Shown here: positions 1-13,087 of the stretch, piece after piece
How positions within the stretch are numbered: the stretch's first letter is position 1
Layout: every line of letters begins with the position of its first letter
Source: Saprolegnia diclina VS20
Taxonomy: Eukaryota
DNA length: 64,000 bases
Assembly (NCBI RefSeq): GCF_000281045.1
Contig: NW_008246081.1
Location: 672,204-736,203, forward strand
Direction of reading: 5' to 3'
Made by a program: the position numbers and the translations under genes
Notes under the pieces: generated by a model
What the model was told of the DNA's origin: nothing
What the model saw: the letters and a program-made list of their open reading frames with translations, nothing else
Database searches by the model: none

Positions 1-936
1 CGAGCACCGACTGCATGACAAAGACGACGCGGTCGGGCTCCTCAAACCGCTTGATGCACGCGAGTCGCTGCGCGTACGGCGCGAGTCCGTCGATCGCATC
101 GATAAACTGCACGTACACCGTGTCGATGCCAAAGGTGGCGAGGTTCTAGCAAGGATGTATCCTGCTGGTACGTATACGTTATGTTGGCGTGTACCTTGAT
201 GTTGATCACGTTGCCTTCGGGCTGGTACCAGAGCGACCAAAAGCGGTCGCCGGCTTCGCGGAATCCCATGCTCGAGTCTTTGACCCACTGCATTTCGATC
301 GAGATGGTGTCCTGGTGCTTGGCGCTGTCGATGCAAATGCTGTTGTGGCCGTGGCTGCCGTCGTATAGCCCGCGCCGTAGCAGGAACGTGTCGGCGTGGT
401 CGTACACGTCGTCGGTCATGGCGTGGAAGCATGCATGTCGAGCATTCGCGTCCTGCGGCAGGAAGCGCCGGTTCGTGTTGAGGAGCTCGACGTTGGCTGC
501 GCCCTGCGACCACGATGAGCACGCCAACGGTAGAATTGCATACTACCGTGAGCTTGAGCGGCTTGTGCAGAAGCTGCTGAATCGCCTCGAGCGCCTTTTG
601 CTGCGTGTCGATGGCTTCCTTGAGCTTGGCGTTCTCTTGCGCCGCCTTGCGCACGCTGAGCCGCTGCTGCCGCGCCTTCTTCTCCCAGAACGAGCTTTGG
701 CTAGTTTCCATGCGGCGAATGTTCTGGAGGATCGTCAAGTGGGCGCTGAGCTCCGCCGCTTCGTCGTGGAGGCGCTGCACCTCGGCCTGTTGCCGCTTCC
801 GGTACCGCTTCTGCGCCGAGATGGGCGGGTCCTCGGTCGCGCAGCACGCAGCACCCAGTGCAGGAAGAAAGCCAAGGATCTCGTCCGCGTCAAGCGCCCA
901 CGTCGTCGCATCGTATGCCACCATCGACTCGATCAT
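1..936 (-). CDS. M96-like bZIP/coiled-coil family protein, copy 1 (3' end runs off window)
   Basis: ATG at 936; exon 1 SAQKRYRKRQQAEVQRLHDE...FWEKKARQQRL...ENAKLKEAI...LLHKPLKLT; GT-AG intron 546-504; later exons homologous to copies 2-11. Confidence 0.8.
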   Translation of the reverse strand, partial: MIESMVAYDATTWALDADEILGFLPALGAACCATEDPPISAQKRYRKRQQAEVQRLHDEAAELSAHLTILQNIRRMETSQSSFWEKKARQQRLSVRKAAQENAKLKEAIDTQQKALEAIQQLLHKPLKLTVVCNSTVGVLIVVAGRSQRRAPQHEPALPAAGRECSTCMLPRHDRRRVRPRRHVPATARAIRRQPRPQQHLHRQRQAPGHHLDRNAVGQRLEHGIPRSRRPLLVALVPARRQRDQHQGTRQHNVYVPAGYILARTSPPLASTRCTCSLSMRSTDSRRTRSDSRASSGLRSPTASSLSCSRCS

Positions 937-1182
937 GCTGGACCTTCGCTTGCCTTCGACGCAACTTGAAAATGAGACTCTGCCATCGAGACGACGTTCC
1001 CAGCACTGTCTCACATGACAGCTGGAAACACCCAAAGGCGATCGGCAAGCCAGGTTCCCAACCGGCGGCCTTGCGCACGGGCGTCGCAGCCAAAAGAAGC
1101 CAGCGAGAAAGGACGCAAAATGCTCGATAAGTTATTGGTGTAGGGCTAGGGAAGTGTGACGTTGGCTACGCATCGGACGCCA

Positions 1183-2493
1183 TCACTGCATGACTTGGTC
1201 GAGCACATCGAACGTGTGTGTGACTTCGTGCAAGATAAAGTCGCAGATGAGGTCCCGCGGGTTCGAAACGAGCGGACTGCCCGGCGGCGGCGCGATCGGA
1301 AGTTGGCCGTGGAAGCAGAGGCGTCGCCGGGACTCGGTGTCGCTCACACGCTCGAGCACCAATCTAGTAGTCATTGCTATCGTCAGGAGATGTCCGGGCC
1401 ATGAGAGCATGATGACGTACGTGACCACGTCATTGCCACTGTAGAGCCCGTCGATCGGTGGGTGCTTGGGGTCATGCAGCACCGTGTTCATGACGAAGAC
1501 GATGCGGTCTTCCTCGACAAACCGCTTCATGGCCGAGAGTCGGCGCAGGTACGGCCGCCCGCCGCGCAGCGACTCGATTTGCTCGAGGTACGTCGTGTCG
1601 TTGCCGAAATGCTCGAGCGTCTACGTCGGCTAATGAGTGCATATCGATAGAGAATGTGGCGCGCACGACCTTGGATTCGAAGATGCCCTTGAGCGCCGAG
1701 TGGTTCGGGTCGCACCAAATGGACCAGATGTGCATGCCTGCACTCATAAAGTGCGACGGAATGAGGCTCACGGCCTGGACGTCGATCAAAATCGCGTCTT
1801 CGGCCGCGTTGGCCGAGACGTTGAACGCCTTGTGGCCGTCCGGCACGTCAAAGAGGCCGCGTTGGAGCAGCATCGTGTCGACGCGGTCATAGACGTCGGC
1901 CATGAGCGCGTGAAAGCACGCGTGGCGGCCCGCATCATCGAGTGGCATGCGGCGCATCTTCCACTCGACCGTGTCCATGGTCGGAAAAGCCTATAGCAGA
2001 GATTGTGTCATGCATAGGTCGCTCCCTCATGGGTTCGTACAGCCAGTTTCGGCCGCTTCACGAGCAGCTGGTCGAGCGTCTCGGCAATCTTGAGCTGCTC
2101 TTCGACGGCTTCCTTCAGTCGGGCGTTCTCCTGTGCGGCCTTTTGGCTGCTCAGCTTTTGCACGCGCGCCTTCTTCTCCCAGAACGAGCTTTGGTCCGTC
2201 TCCAAGCTGCGAATGCTCTTGAGCACCGAGAGGTGCGCGCTCATCTCAGCCACTTGCTCACGGAGGTAGTCGAGCTCGCGCTTCTGGCGCTTCCGATACC
2301 GCTGCTGCGCGGTCGAGTTCTTGCTGCCGTCCGAGCTCGTCTCGTTGTCGTCGTTGGTGGTGGTCTTGCGCACGCCGGCGCTGGGCACCAGAGCCGGTGG
2401 CGCGTCTACGATGGGCGCGTGCAGGAGCTCAAAGAGCGTCGTCGCGTCCGCGCTCCAGCCCTCGTAGCCATCGAGGTCGACCAGCGGCTCCAT
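1183..2493 (-). CDS. M96-like bZIP/coiled-coil family protein, copy 2 (4 exons)
   Basis: ORF pieces 2008-2493, 1472-1978 and 1183-1530 join through short GT-AG introns; NSTAQQRYRKRQKRELDYLR, WEKKAR, ENARLK, LLVKRPKLA motifs. Confidence 0.85.
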
Positions 2494-2932
2494 GACGATG
2501 ATGACACAAGCGCCACCAAATATATGTGGAACCTTCGGCGAAAGCCATGCTGCATCTTATTGGTTGCTTAGTTGAGACAGACTTGATAAAGCGTTCTGAA
2601 ATGAGACAAAAGGCCGAAAAATGGGGTGGCGGATTGCGCGTCACGGCGCCGGCATGATCAAGCCCTCGGACGACACGGGGTGCGTCATGGCCAATCACAA
2701 GCGAGCTGCATTCGAGATTTACCCAGTCAAGGAACGGAAAAGTGATGCACAACCCCAGAGCACTCGCTACACGGCAACATGGCATTTGCTCTGCGATAAC
2801 GGAAGCTCACTCCACCAGCTCTAGTCTATCTGGGATAGAAGCGTCTTCCGCTCTCTGGTGCGTGAGCTGCTCCCAACGCCGCCACGAGACAAGGATACGA
2901 CGCATCACGACAGAAATAGCAGTCGTGTTGTG

Positions 2933-4253
2933 TCATCCAAAGACGGCCTCCAACTGATCGAAACATTGCGTCATCTCGTGCAGAATGAAGTCGCAGATCA
3001 AGTGCTGGGGGTTGTCGGTGAGGGGGCTGCCAGGCGGCGGCGCAATGGGCAGCTCGCCGCTCACGCAGAGTCGTCTAATGGTCTCGGTTTCGCTCACGCG
3101 CTCGAAAATGACCCTACGCCAATGGTGAAGAGCCCGCTTGAGAGACTCGTACCACGTACGTGAGCTGGTCGTTGGACACATACAGGCCGGGCGGCGGCGG
3201 GTGCAGCGGGTCGTCCAAGATGGTTTGAACAACAAAAACGACACGGTCGTTCTCAATGTAGCGCTGCGTCGCGCAGAGGCGGTAGAGGTACGGGACTGCG
3301 CCGCGGAAGTGCTCAATGTGCTCGCAGTAGACAATATTGTCATCGACCTTGTCGAGCACCTACAAAACATTGACGTTGGTCGAGCAAAGCGCATGCACAA
3401 CGTACGCGCGAGCGAAAGATGCGCTCAAACTCAGTGTTGTGCGGGTCGTTCCAGATCGTCCAGAGGCGACTGGCCAGCGTCAAGTAGTTGGACGCAATGC
3501 GGTGCACGCCTTGAACGGACGTCGCGAGCGCGGTACCTGCTTCGTTGAGCCGAACCGTCACCGATTTGTGGCCCGAGGGCACATCAAAGAGGTTCTGGCG
3601 CAATAGCATCGTGTCGACGTGGTCGTAGCCGTCTTGAAGCAGAGCGCGGAGGCAGGCGTCACGACTAGCTTTGTCAGTAGACAAGCGCCGCAGCCGCCAG
3701 TCGACCGTGTCCATGGTCGGGAACGCCTAACTCTTCAGAATCAGCCGGGCCATCGAGAGGGGACGGTCGGTACCGCCAGCTTGGGCCGCTTCACGAGCAG
3801 CTGGTTAAGAGTCTCGGCGATCTTGAGCTGCTCTTCCACAGCGTCTTTCAGTCGGGCGTTCTCCTGCGCGGCCTTTTGGCTGCTTAGCTTTTGCACGCGC
3901 GCCTTCTTCTCCCAGAAAGAGCTTTGGCTTGTCTCCAAGCCGCGGATGCTCTTGAGGACGGTGAGGTGTGCGCTCATCTCGGCCACTTGGTCGCGAAGGT
4001 ACTCGAGCTCGCGCTTCTGGCGCTTCCGATACCGCTGCTGCGCGGTCGAGTTCTTGCTGCTGCACGTCGCATCCGAGGCCGAGCTGTTAACGTCGTCCTC
4101 GTCGTACGAGAGCCGTCGGGTCATAGTCATCTCGGCGACCGGCGTCGCTCTCTTGACCGTGATGGCCAGCGTCGGCTCGGCCGCGGGCTCGATGAGAAGG
4201 TCCAGGAACGAGTCCAGGACGGGCGCGCTCCAGGTCGCGAGGTCGTCGGTCAT
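2933..4253 (-). CDS. M96-like bZIP/coiled-coil family protein, copy 3 (4 exons)
   Basis: ATG 4253 (MTDDLATW); ORF pieces 3741-4301, 3340-3714, 3114-3359, 2933-3400; same motifs and intron positions as copy 2. Confidence 0.85.
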
Positions 4254-4393
4254 GGCACTTTGCAGAAATGGTATCCGGTCATATCCGGATACTATGACCA
4301 CATTACCACATGTGTCTCAATCCGACTGGCGTTTCTTGTCCTGTGCCCAAATGCCATGTGCGACACGTTATCATGCTGATTACGATCCTCGGC

Positions 4394-5664
4394 TTACGCT
4401 AGAATGCGCTCGAGGGCATCGCACGTGCGGGTGACTTCGTGCAGCACGAAGTCGCAGATGAAGCGGTCGGCCGGGTTTTCTCGCAAGAGCGGGTTCTCGG
4501 GTGGCGGCTGAATCGGGAGCTCGCCGCCGAGACTGATGCGGCGAATGCACCATTTGGTGTCCTTGGGCTCAAAGACGATCCTAGGCCAAAGCGAGTTGTG
4601 AATTTTCCAAACGATAGAGACAAATGGAGCGTACGTGGCGGCGTCGTTCCCAATGTAGAGACCGTCGACGGGCGGGTGCTTGGCGTCGTGGAGGATCGTG
4701 CGCATGACAAACACAATGCGCCGCTTTTCGACGATGCGCTGCATGCCGCAGAGCCGCCGCAAGTATGGCGCCGTGCCATGAAAGGTATCAAACTGCTCCA
4801 TGTACACCGTGTCATCGCCAAAGCGCTCCAAGACCTAACCCAGAACGCTCCTCAGCATCGCAAAGCACAGCCAAGAAGGTAGTTACCTTGGAGTCAAACG
4901 TGCCGGGCAGCATTTGGTCGGACGTCCAGATCGACCAAAAGTGAGCTGCGGCGGATACGTAGTCGCGCCCTTGGGCGTGCACGTACTGAATATCGATCGA
5001 CATGGACGACCCGCTCGTGCTCGGCTCCACGCGGAACGACCGGTGGCCAATGGGCGCGTCAAGGAGGCCACGTCGAAGTAGCGTTGTGTCGACGCGATCG
5101 TACGCGTCGGCCATGATGGCGAGGAAGCTCGCGCGGCGGGCGTCAGGGGCGATCGGGAGGTGCCGGAGCTTGGCGTCGACCATGTCCAGTGTCGGGAAAG
5201 CCTGTATGGTCATGTGTGAACACCAACAAGAGCAACGATGATGATAAGCGTACTGCGAGCTTGGGCCGCTTCACGAGGAGCTGCTCCAAGACGGTGGCGA
5301 CCTCGAGCTGCTCCTCGAGCGCGCGCTTGAGACGCGTGTTCTCCTTGTGGGCCTGATGGCTGCCGCGCTGCTGGGTGCGCGCGACCTGTTCCCAGTGCGA
5401 GTCGTGACTGTGGCCACGCAGGCTCTGCACAACCGAGAGGTGCGCTGTGAGCTGCGTCACTTGGTTACGAAGGTAGTCGAGCTCGCGCTTCTGGCGCTCG
5501 CGGTACCGCTTCTGAGGCGTCTCGCCGGGTAACGGCGTCTCCTCCTTGACCGTGCTGGGTGTAGAAAGGTCCGTAGGCAGAGGCTCCTCGGCAAAGTCCA
5601 GGAACGGCTCCATCAGCAGCGGCGCGCTCCATCCGTCGTCGTCGTCCAGGAAAGCCAGGTCCAT
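4394..5664 (-). CDS. M96-like bZIP/coiled-coil family protein, copy 4 (4 exons)
   Basis: ORF pieces 5143-5664, 4812-5213, 4394-4831; QKRYRERQKRELDYLR...LLVKRPKLA|intron|AFPTLDMVDAKLRHLP. Confidence 0.85.
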
Positions 5665-6092
5665 CGCTGCAAGAAATGCGCTGTCTAAATGGTTCTTTTA
5701 TCAAAAGTAGCTCATTTTTATGGCAACTTCAAGTGACTGACGTGGCATCCCATACGCTCAGATAAGAAAATCAGCCATATCGCACTTTGAACCAGGAATT
5801 CTAGACGCAAGCCACCGGAACATACTATTTTGCCTTCCGACGACATGCTGGATGAGCTTTGGTCGGCAAGATGGATGCCTGATCCAGCCCGATGACGTAT
5901 CCAGGCGATTGCGCTACCGATGCTTCCTCGTCATAAGGGATGTGCCACGACGCCGTATCTCACCTTGTGCGCCTCTATCGCCAAGACAATGGCAGTCATT
6001 TCCATGTATGTCTTCACGCTGACGACAACCCACCGTTCCGCCTTCGCACACATACACATGACTAGATTAAATGGGTCGCGACCTCTGATATC

Positions 6093-7270
6093 TCATTGCA
6101 GGCTTTCTTCGAGGGCTGTAAAGATGGGCTCCATGAGGTTGGCCAGAGCGTCCGACGGCGGCACCGGCTCGAGCAGTAGCGGATTCGCCGCCGGCACCGT
6201 CGTTGGGAACTTGCCTTCGGCACAGAACCGCCGGCAGGTTCGGTGGTTGCCCATCGCTTCGAAAACGACGCTACGCCACCGTAAAGCTGCTGTCCATTCT
6301 CACTCCCATGATTCGTACCAGGCCGTGTGGTTGCCAACGAGGACATCCGAAGGCGGCGTGTGGCTCGCGTCTTCCAGGAACGTCTTGAGCACCAGCGTGA
6401 TCTTATCGTCTTCGACAAAGCGCTTCATGGCGAACATGAGGTGCGTGCAGGGTGTGCCCGCCTGTGCCGCAGCCGTGATGCGAATGTAAATGCCGTCGTC
6501 GCCAAAGGTCTCGACGACCTACTCACGCTGCTAAGATGGTCGCCCATGAGAGATTGTAGATGACCTCGAATGTGACGTGCGGCAACATGTCGTTGCTCTT
6601 GCTCTTCATAAACGTCCAGACTGAGTCGCTGCACGCATAATGGTTTTTGGCGACCTCGGCGACGCTGTTCATGTTGACGCAGAGTGCATCGACAGCTTCG
6701 TGGACCGTCACCACGTGATGGCCACTCGCGGCGTCGAGGATACCGGAGCGCACGTAGAGCGTCTCGAGGGCGTTGTACGCGTCGTTCATCATGCCATCAA
6801 AGGCGGCGCGGCGCCCAACGGGATCGAGCGGCAAACGGCGGACTTTCCAGTCGACAAAGTCGGCGGCCGCCATCGACTAGAGACATACTGATAAGTTGCT
6901 GCTGGTATGATGCATTTTGTACCGAGAGGCGTGGCCGCTTGGTCATAGCATGCTGGAGCGCCTCGGCAAACTCGATATGGTCTTCGAGCGCCCGCTTCAA
7001 GCGCGTGTTCTCAAGCACCGCGGTGTCCAGCGCAAGCTTTTGGTTGCGCGCAATCTTTTCCCAGGCGCCGGTGCTCGCCTCGACCTCGACACGCTTGATG
7101 CTGCGCAGCGCCGAGAGGTGTGCCGTGAGCGTCATGGCCTCGTCGCGCAGGTGCACGAGCTCATGCCTCTGACGCACTTGGTAGTTGGGACGTGGCGGCG
7201 CAGCGAGGACCGAGTCCAAGAGGCTGTCCATGATCGCCGCGTCCAACACATCGTCTTCGGACAGCATCAT
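6093..7270 (-). CDS. M96-like bZIP/coiled-coil family protein, copy 5 (4 exons)
   Basis: MMLSEDDVLDAAIMDSLL...YQVRQRHELVHLR...WEKIARNQKL...KRPRLS; last exon ends LEESLQ* (TGA 6095-6093). Confidence 0.85.
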
Positions 7271-8688
7271 CGCCGTGTTCTCTGGTTTTCCGAAAGTGAA
7301 CGTCGCAACAGCCTGGGCAATGCAGCAGATGTTCATCATCCGGATGCGCCACTCCTGACGTGGCAGCCTCCCGTGTCCGCACGACGTTCCAACTTCACCG
7401 TCCTGTAGCGTAGTTTGGCATATGCTGTCCGTCGATACGTAGAGACGCGTCACGCACGCTACTAAAGGATCGTCGAGAGGTAAATACGTGGTCCTGCCGA
7501 ATGTCATGTCATCTAAAAGCCAATGGAACCCAAGCCACCCGATCGCAGGGCGAAGCAAGTGCATTCGCGACGTATCATCCTCGTGCTGGACCACACATTG
7601 CTCATGGCATGGACGGTTCATGTACATAAGCAGTCTCGAGACAAGGTGCTCGCACTGGATACCATAGGGCAACGCGAGTATTGTTGATCAAGCCGTCTAC
7701 TTTGCGTTATATGTTAGACGGGTCTTGGGCGGTGAACCTTTGACTTTGCGCGTGTTAGACAACTCTAGATTGTCGTTGCGGATGAGGGACGTATGAATGG
7801 CGCGCTGGTAAGATTTAGTGGTGCACGCTGGCGACTCTATGGTGTTTGCTATGGAATGCGAGTTAAAAATGAGCGGAGCCCTAAAAGAGGCTGCAAGCGG
7901 CGGAACAATGCAAATTGCCCGTAATTACCCTTCCCATTCCTTGGGAGAGCCTTTGGCGCAGAGTGCCGACTCGGGTTAAATCTAACAACAAGTTTGCACT
8001 TTGAGAGTCAAGTTGACCCTCGATTCGCATCGCGTGCGCTCATTTCCCGCGGTTTTGGGTCTCGCTCATTTCCCACTGGGCTTCTCTCTTTTGAATATTT
8101 TGCTGTGCCATGATGCAGGTGACGGACGACCGATCACCAACGAACAAGTCATCCAAATTGCACTTTTCGGTCGGGAATTCTGCAGTAAATGTCTATCGTG
8201 ATGATCCAATTCGACCCAGGCGAATGAATTGACGCAAGTGTATGCGGGCGGCTGCGTCTCGCGCGTTTCTACAGCACGTGACACGAATGCGAGCAGGGTC
8301 GTTTGAGGTTGTCGAGTGCGCAGAGCCTGTGCGAAGACGCAGCGTTCCTGTGCACGTTGAGATGCTTGGTGCTGGCCACACGCCAATGCGACAGCGACGC
8401 GCGCTCACGTCAGTCCGCGTCCCGTCGTACACTGTGCACGTCCCACACGACAGAGCCTCGAGGCCACGATCACCGTCATTCGAGTTGACAGAATCTGTAC
8501 CTTTCGCGTCCATGATGATGAATGACTCAACAGGCCACACTCGTCGCCGACGACGTGGCAGCGACAACGGAGGCATTTCACGCAAATACAGCGATGCCAT
8601 TGGTCCACATCCGGTCACGTCAACACAAGAGCACGCACAGATTCCAAGACGCGGCGATCGTCACTATAGGATTGAAGCCGCTGTCGCC

Positions 8689-9891
8689 ATGACAACACCG
8701 CTGTCCTGTGCGCCACCGGAGCCGGCGTCCACCGCCGATGTCATCGCGACGGTGTTTGCCGACTTTGAACTGGATCAGCCATCGCTGCCGCCGCGCCCGC
8801 CGCGCGTCGACCGCCAAAAGGAAGAGCTCGTGTACCTGCGCCAGCAAGTCGAGCAGCTCAATGCCATCTTGGTCGAGCTCACGAGTTCTCGCATGGTTGA
8901 CGATCTCGCCGGATGTACGTTTTGGGAGAAAATCGCGCGGGACCAAAAGATGGCGTCAACCCGCGCAAGCCAAGAGAACGGCCGCCTCAAGCGCGCGCTG
9001 GAAGACCAGCTCCATGTGGCCAAAGAGCTCGAACGCTTGCTCGTCAAGCGACCGAGGCTTGCGGTACACGCCCGCATCTCCATTTCCACAATCTCAACGG
9101 ATTATGGTGGTAGGAGCCGCCGTCGCTGGATTTGGCCGACTGGAAACTGCGGCGACTGCCTCTGGACGAAGTGAGCCGGAGCGCAGCTTTTCACGCGATC
9201 GTCGACGATGCGTTTGCCAACCTCGAGTCACTTTTCCTGCGGTCGCGCATTCTGGAGGCGCCGATCGGGCAGCGTCTTTTCAATGTGACTGAAGACCGCG
9301 ACTCGATTTTGATTTCGGTCAAAAACGTCATTGAAATACCAGATAACGTCCTCTCGGTCGGCGAGAAGACGTGGACCACGTGGCGCGGATGCTCGGGGAC
9401 GCTGCCCCACATGCGTTTTGAGGTGCATACGCCAAGTCAAGCGTTGCTTATTTACAGTGTTTGTAGGTCCTCCAGAGCTTTGGCGTCGATGGTGTGTACG
9501 TCCGGATCACGACTAGCCTCGACGCGACCACCCCGTGTATGCAGCTCAACTACGCGATCAAGCGCTTCGTTCGTGACTCGCGCGTCGTCTTTGTGCTCAA
9601 AACGGTCCTCGACGACGAGAAGTTGCCCGTGCTTCCGGGCCTTCTCGTGGGCAACCACACAGCATGGTATGTTTGCCGTCAACATGGGATGATCTTATTC
9701 GACGTGTCAGTAGTATTGTCATGGAAGCTGTCGGCGCGAATCGAACGTGCCGACGCGTCTGCGTCGAAGGAAATTTGCCCGCCCAGCCACCGCGGCACAG
9801 CCCGCTGCTTCAGAAAGAGCTCAGCGTCACGGACGCTGTCTTCAAGATGATGCAGTCGGTTTTTCAAACGCTAGAAATGTTGCTGGCATGA
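8689..9891 (+). CDS. M96-like bZIP/coiled-coil family protein, copy 6 (4 exons)
   Basis: ATG 8689 (MTTPLSC); RQKEELVYLRQQV...FWEKIARDQK...LLVKRPRLA|GT at 9064; DWKLRRLP in exon 2; ends QTLEMLLA*. Confidence 0.85.
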
Positions 9892-10489
9892 GGCTATTCA
9901 CGCAAAATGCAATCAAATGCTTGTGGTATATACTACTAATCCAGTGTTTTGTACAAGATGAAGCCCCAATGGTAAAATGGAAGGTATGATTCCTGCTTTG
10001 GGTTTACATTGATCTTGTGTTGTGTGCGCATTATCGGCGCACCTATTATTTTTCATGTGTCAAGTGTAAATTCAAGAAAGTTACCTGATATAACGATACT
10101 AATCGTGAAATGAACCAATGAGATGAGTACACGCCTGCAAAAGCTGAAGGTGATAGGCCAGCTGTTGCTTGATACTCTGGATGTTTAAACGCTTCGTTGG
10201 CATCTCGTACAGGCGTAGGCTCCAACTTGATTGTTGACAAATAATGCCCTAGAGCATGAAAACTTACTTGGACATGTGTATAGTGTCCAGTCAATCGTAT
10301 TGCCTGCGTGTCTTGCACATTAGCTTGACACTATGCGACATGCGTTTTGTGCAGAAAAATATCTTGCATTTACTATAGCTCCCTTGTTTGTATCAAACAT
10401 TTCGTTCTGGTCTTCAGTTGATACTCCGGATCGTGCATCGGAGGTCCGCCCTAGCGTACGCATTTGAAGAAAAGACGCAAGCAACAACA

Positions 10490-11326
10490 ATGCTGCCGGT
10501 GCACCAACTTACGAGAAACAAGTGGCAAGAGCACGAGGTACGGGCTCCGCTATCGCATCATCTCCATCACGTCTCATCCATCCGTGTAGCTTGAAATGCT
10601 GGCAACATTCAAACTCGACACTTTGAAGACATGGAAGGAGGCCGCAAAGCGCATTCCCGGCCGCCCTGCCTGTGAGTGCCGCCAGAAGTGGTTGAGCACG
10701 TTTAGCCCGGAAGCACTCGGCAAGAACACTGGACCTTGGTCTGAAGATGAGATTCAGCGGCTGCGCGATGCGATGGCTCGTCAACGGCCGTGGGTCCAAG
10801 TCGCCAAATTGGTTCAAACACGATGGTGCGTGGGCGACTAGACTACTCTGATCGAGTACGACTCCACTGACTTCACTGTTGTAGCTCGCGTCAATGCCAA
10901 AGCTGCTGGAAGCGTTTGGAGGTTAATGGCGCTATCGATGCTCCTCCCGAATGGGCTGCCGCTCCGCCAGAGACCGCGACCGAGTGGTCATTTCAGCTCA
11001 CGCGTTTCAATGACGACGAAATGAGCTGCTTACTCTCGGACGTGACCGAGCTCACGATGGACCCGAGCTGGCGGGCGCAAGCAATCCCAGCTATGGACAT
11101 AACCCTCGTCGGTGAAGCGGACTTTGCCAGCTCGGGCGTCATGAGCCGTCCAGCCACGGCCCCTTCGGCGCCAGCAACCATCCCGAACGATGCAGCGCCG
11201 TATGTGGGTGGCCCCAATGCCACCGAGGATGCTATCGATGACGTCGTGGAAGATTTTGAATGGCTGCCACCGATCAATGTGAATCTTATCCACGACGAGA
11301 AGACCCCTATTCGCGTGTATGCATAG
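10490..11326 (+). CDS. Myb-like transcription factor (two Myb repeats, acidic C-terminus, 3 exons)
   Basis: NKWQEHE|intron|...KTWKEAAKRIPGRPACECRQKW and GPWSEDEIQRLRDAM...WVQVAKLVQTR|intron|..RQCQSCWKRL show the spaced Trp pattern of Myb repeats. Confidence 0.8.
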
Positions 11327-11643
11327 TCTATATTTGAAGTCCAACGTGCGCTCAATCTACCTCGTAATACATGTTTCATTGGCATTAGTTCAATATGCAA
11401 ATACACACGGCCCGGCGAGCGAATGAAGAAGAAGGAGATTGCTAGTCTCTATGTATGGGAAATCTTTGTGTAATTATGAAGATAACGTGAAACACATTCA
11501 TAAATATGCAAATACCTGGCAACCTCCCAACTAGAACTTCGATCTTGTCAGTGTACGCATCGCGCCCGTGCCATCTCACTCAGATCACCGCGGCCATTTT
11601 GGTAAAAAACGGACCAATCACGTACAAGGGTCATTTCGCCGTG

Positions 11644-12835
11644 ATGGATGCGACCTCGCTGACGACGTCGTCGTCCGACGACGAGGCGCAGCTCGACGCT
11701 GCGATTGTCGACAGCCTCCTGAGCACGCCGGCGCCGGCGCACTACCAGAAGAAGCAGCGCGCCGAGCTCGCGTACCTCCGCGGTCAAGTCGCATTGCTCT
11801 CGACGCACTTGGACGCGCTAGCGTCGGCGAGGCAGGCGCCGGACGTCGGCTACTGGGAGCGCACCGCGCGCAACCTAAAGATCGCGTCGCAGCGCGCTTC
11901 GATTGAAAACACGCGGCTCAAGCGCGGGCTCGAAGACCAGCTCGAGCTCGCGGGCGCCCTCGAGAAGCTGCTCGTGAAGCGGCCGCGCCTCGCCGTAATG
12001 ACTACAGAAGTCGACAACGTGGTGTTTGATATTGCGGTGTAGGCGCTGCCGCTCCAAGACGTTGTCGACTGGAAGCTCCGACGACTGCCGTCGGACCCGA
12101 CGTGCCGCGCCGCCGCCTTCCACGCGATGCTCGACGACGCGCATGCGCACCTCGAGACGCTCCTCGTGCGCACCAGCATCCTCGACGCGCCGATCGGACA
12201 CCGACGCCTGAGCGTCCACGAGGTCGACGACAGCATCCGCGTCTCGATGCAGAGTGTCGCAGACATCCAGAAGGACTTCATTGCGTGCAGTGATGCGATC
12301 TGGTCGCGCTGGCATGGCCAGCTCACCGCGTCCTTGCCGCACGTTCGCATGGAGGTATATTTCGCGTCCAAGCATGATCGAAACGGAGAGTGATGTGTAG
12401 TGGATTGAGGACTTTGGCGCGAGTGGCGTCTACGTGCAGCTGTCGACGAGCTTGGACACGACGAACCATGCACCCTGTGTGTACATTATGTATGCGATCA
12501 AGCGCTTTGTCTTCCAAGATCGCATCGTCTTTGTTCTCAAGACAGTGCTTGAAGACGAGATGCACCCGCCGCCGCCCGGACAACTTATTGGCAACCACAA
12601 CGCGTGGTACGATGTCGACGCCTGAACCACTCGACTGATGATGTCGATGGCCTGTAGTATCCTTGTGCAGGCAGCAGGCGCCAACCGCACGATTCGGCGC
12701 ATGGTCGTTGAAGGGAAATTGCCGGCGGAAGCGCCGCAGCAGAACCCGCTCTACCACTCGCCCGTTCGCATCAGCGACACCGTCCTCACGCTGCTCCGGT
12801 CGGTCTTCGACGAACTTGAAACCATTTTGAGCTAG
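11644..12835 (+). CDS. M96-like bZIP/coiled-coil family protein, copy 7 (4 exons)
   Basis: MDATSLTT...HYQKKQRAELAYLR...YWERTARN...LLVKRPRLA; exon 2 DWKLRRLP; exon 3 YAIKRFV..DRIVFVLKTVLEDE; ends LETILS*. Confidence 0.85.
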
Positions 12836-13087
12836 CAATTGTGTTTCGTCGTATGAACTACAATTGTAGTAGTACATGTATAGTGGACTTTCACGATACG
12901 GTCGCGTCGTACCACAAAATGCAGCAAAGCTTATGATGCCTTGGCGCGGAGTCAGTTTCTGGATTCGCAATGAGTTCGAAATTGCTTGCTTGGCCAAACT
13001 CGGCTCCGCGGTCCGTGATTGGTCGGCCAAAGGGCAAAGTGAAACGTCCAGCCAATCCGAGTGCGCACTTTCGGCCAGCGACCACAC

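Noticed and set aside
7400..8620. Short ORFs in the spacer between divergent copies 5 and 6
   Set aside because: No recognisable domain or consistent exon chain; treated as intergenic
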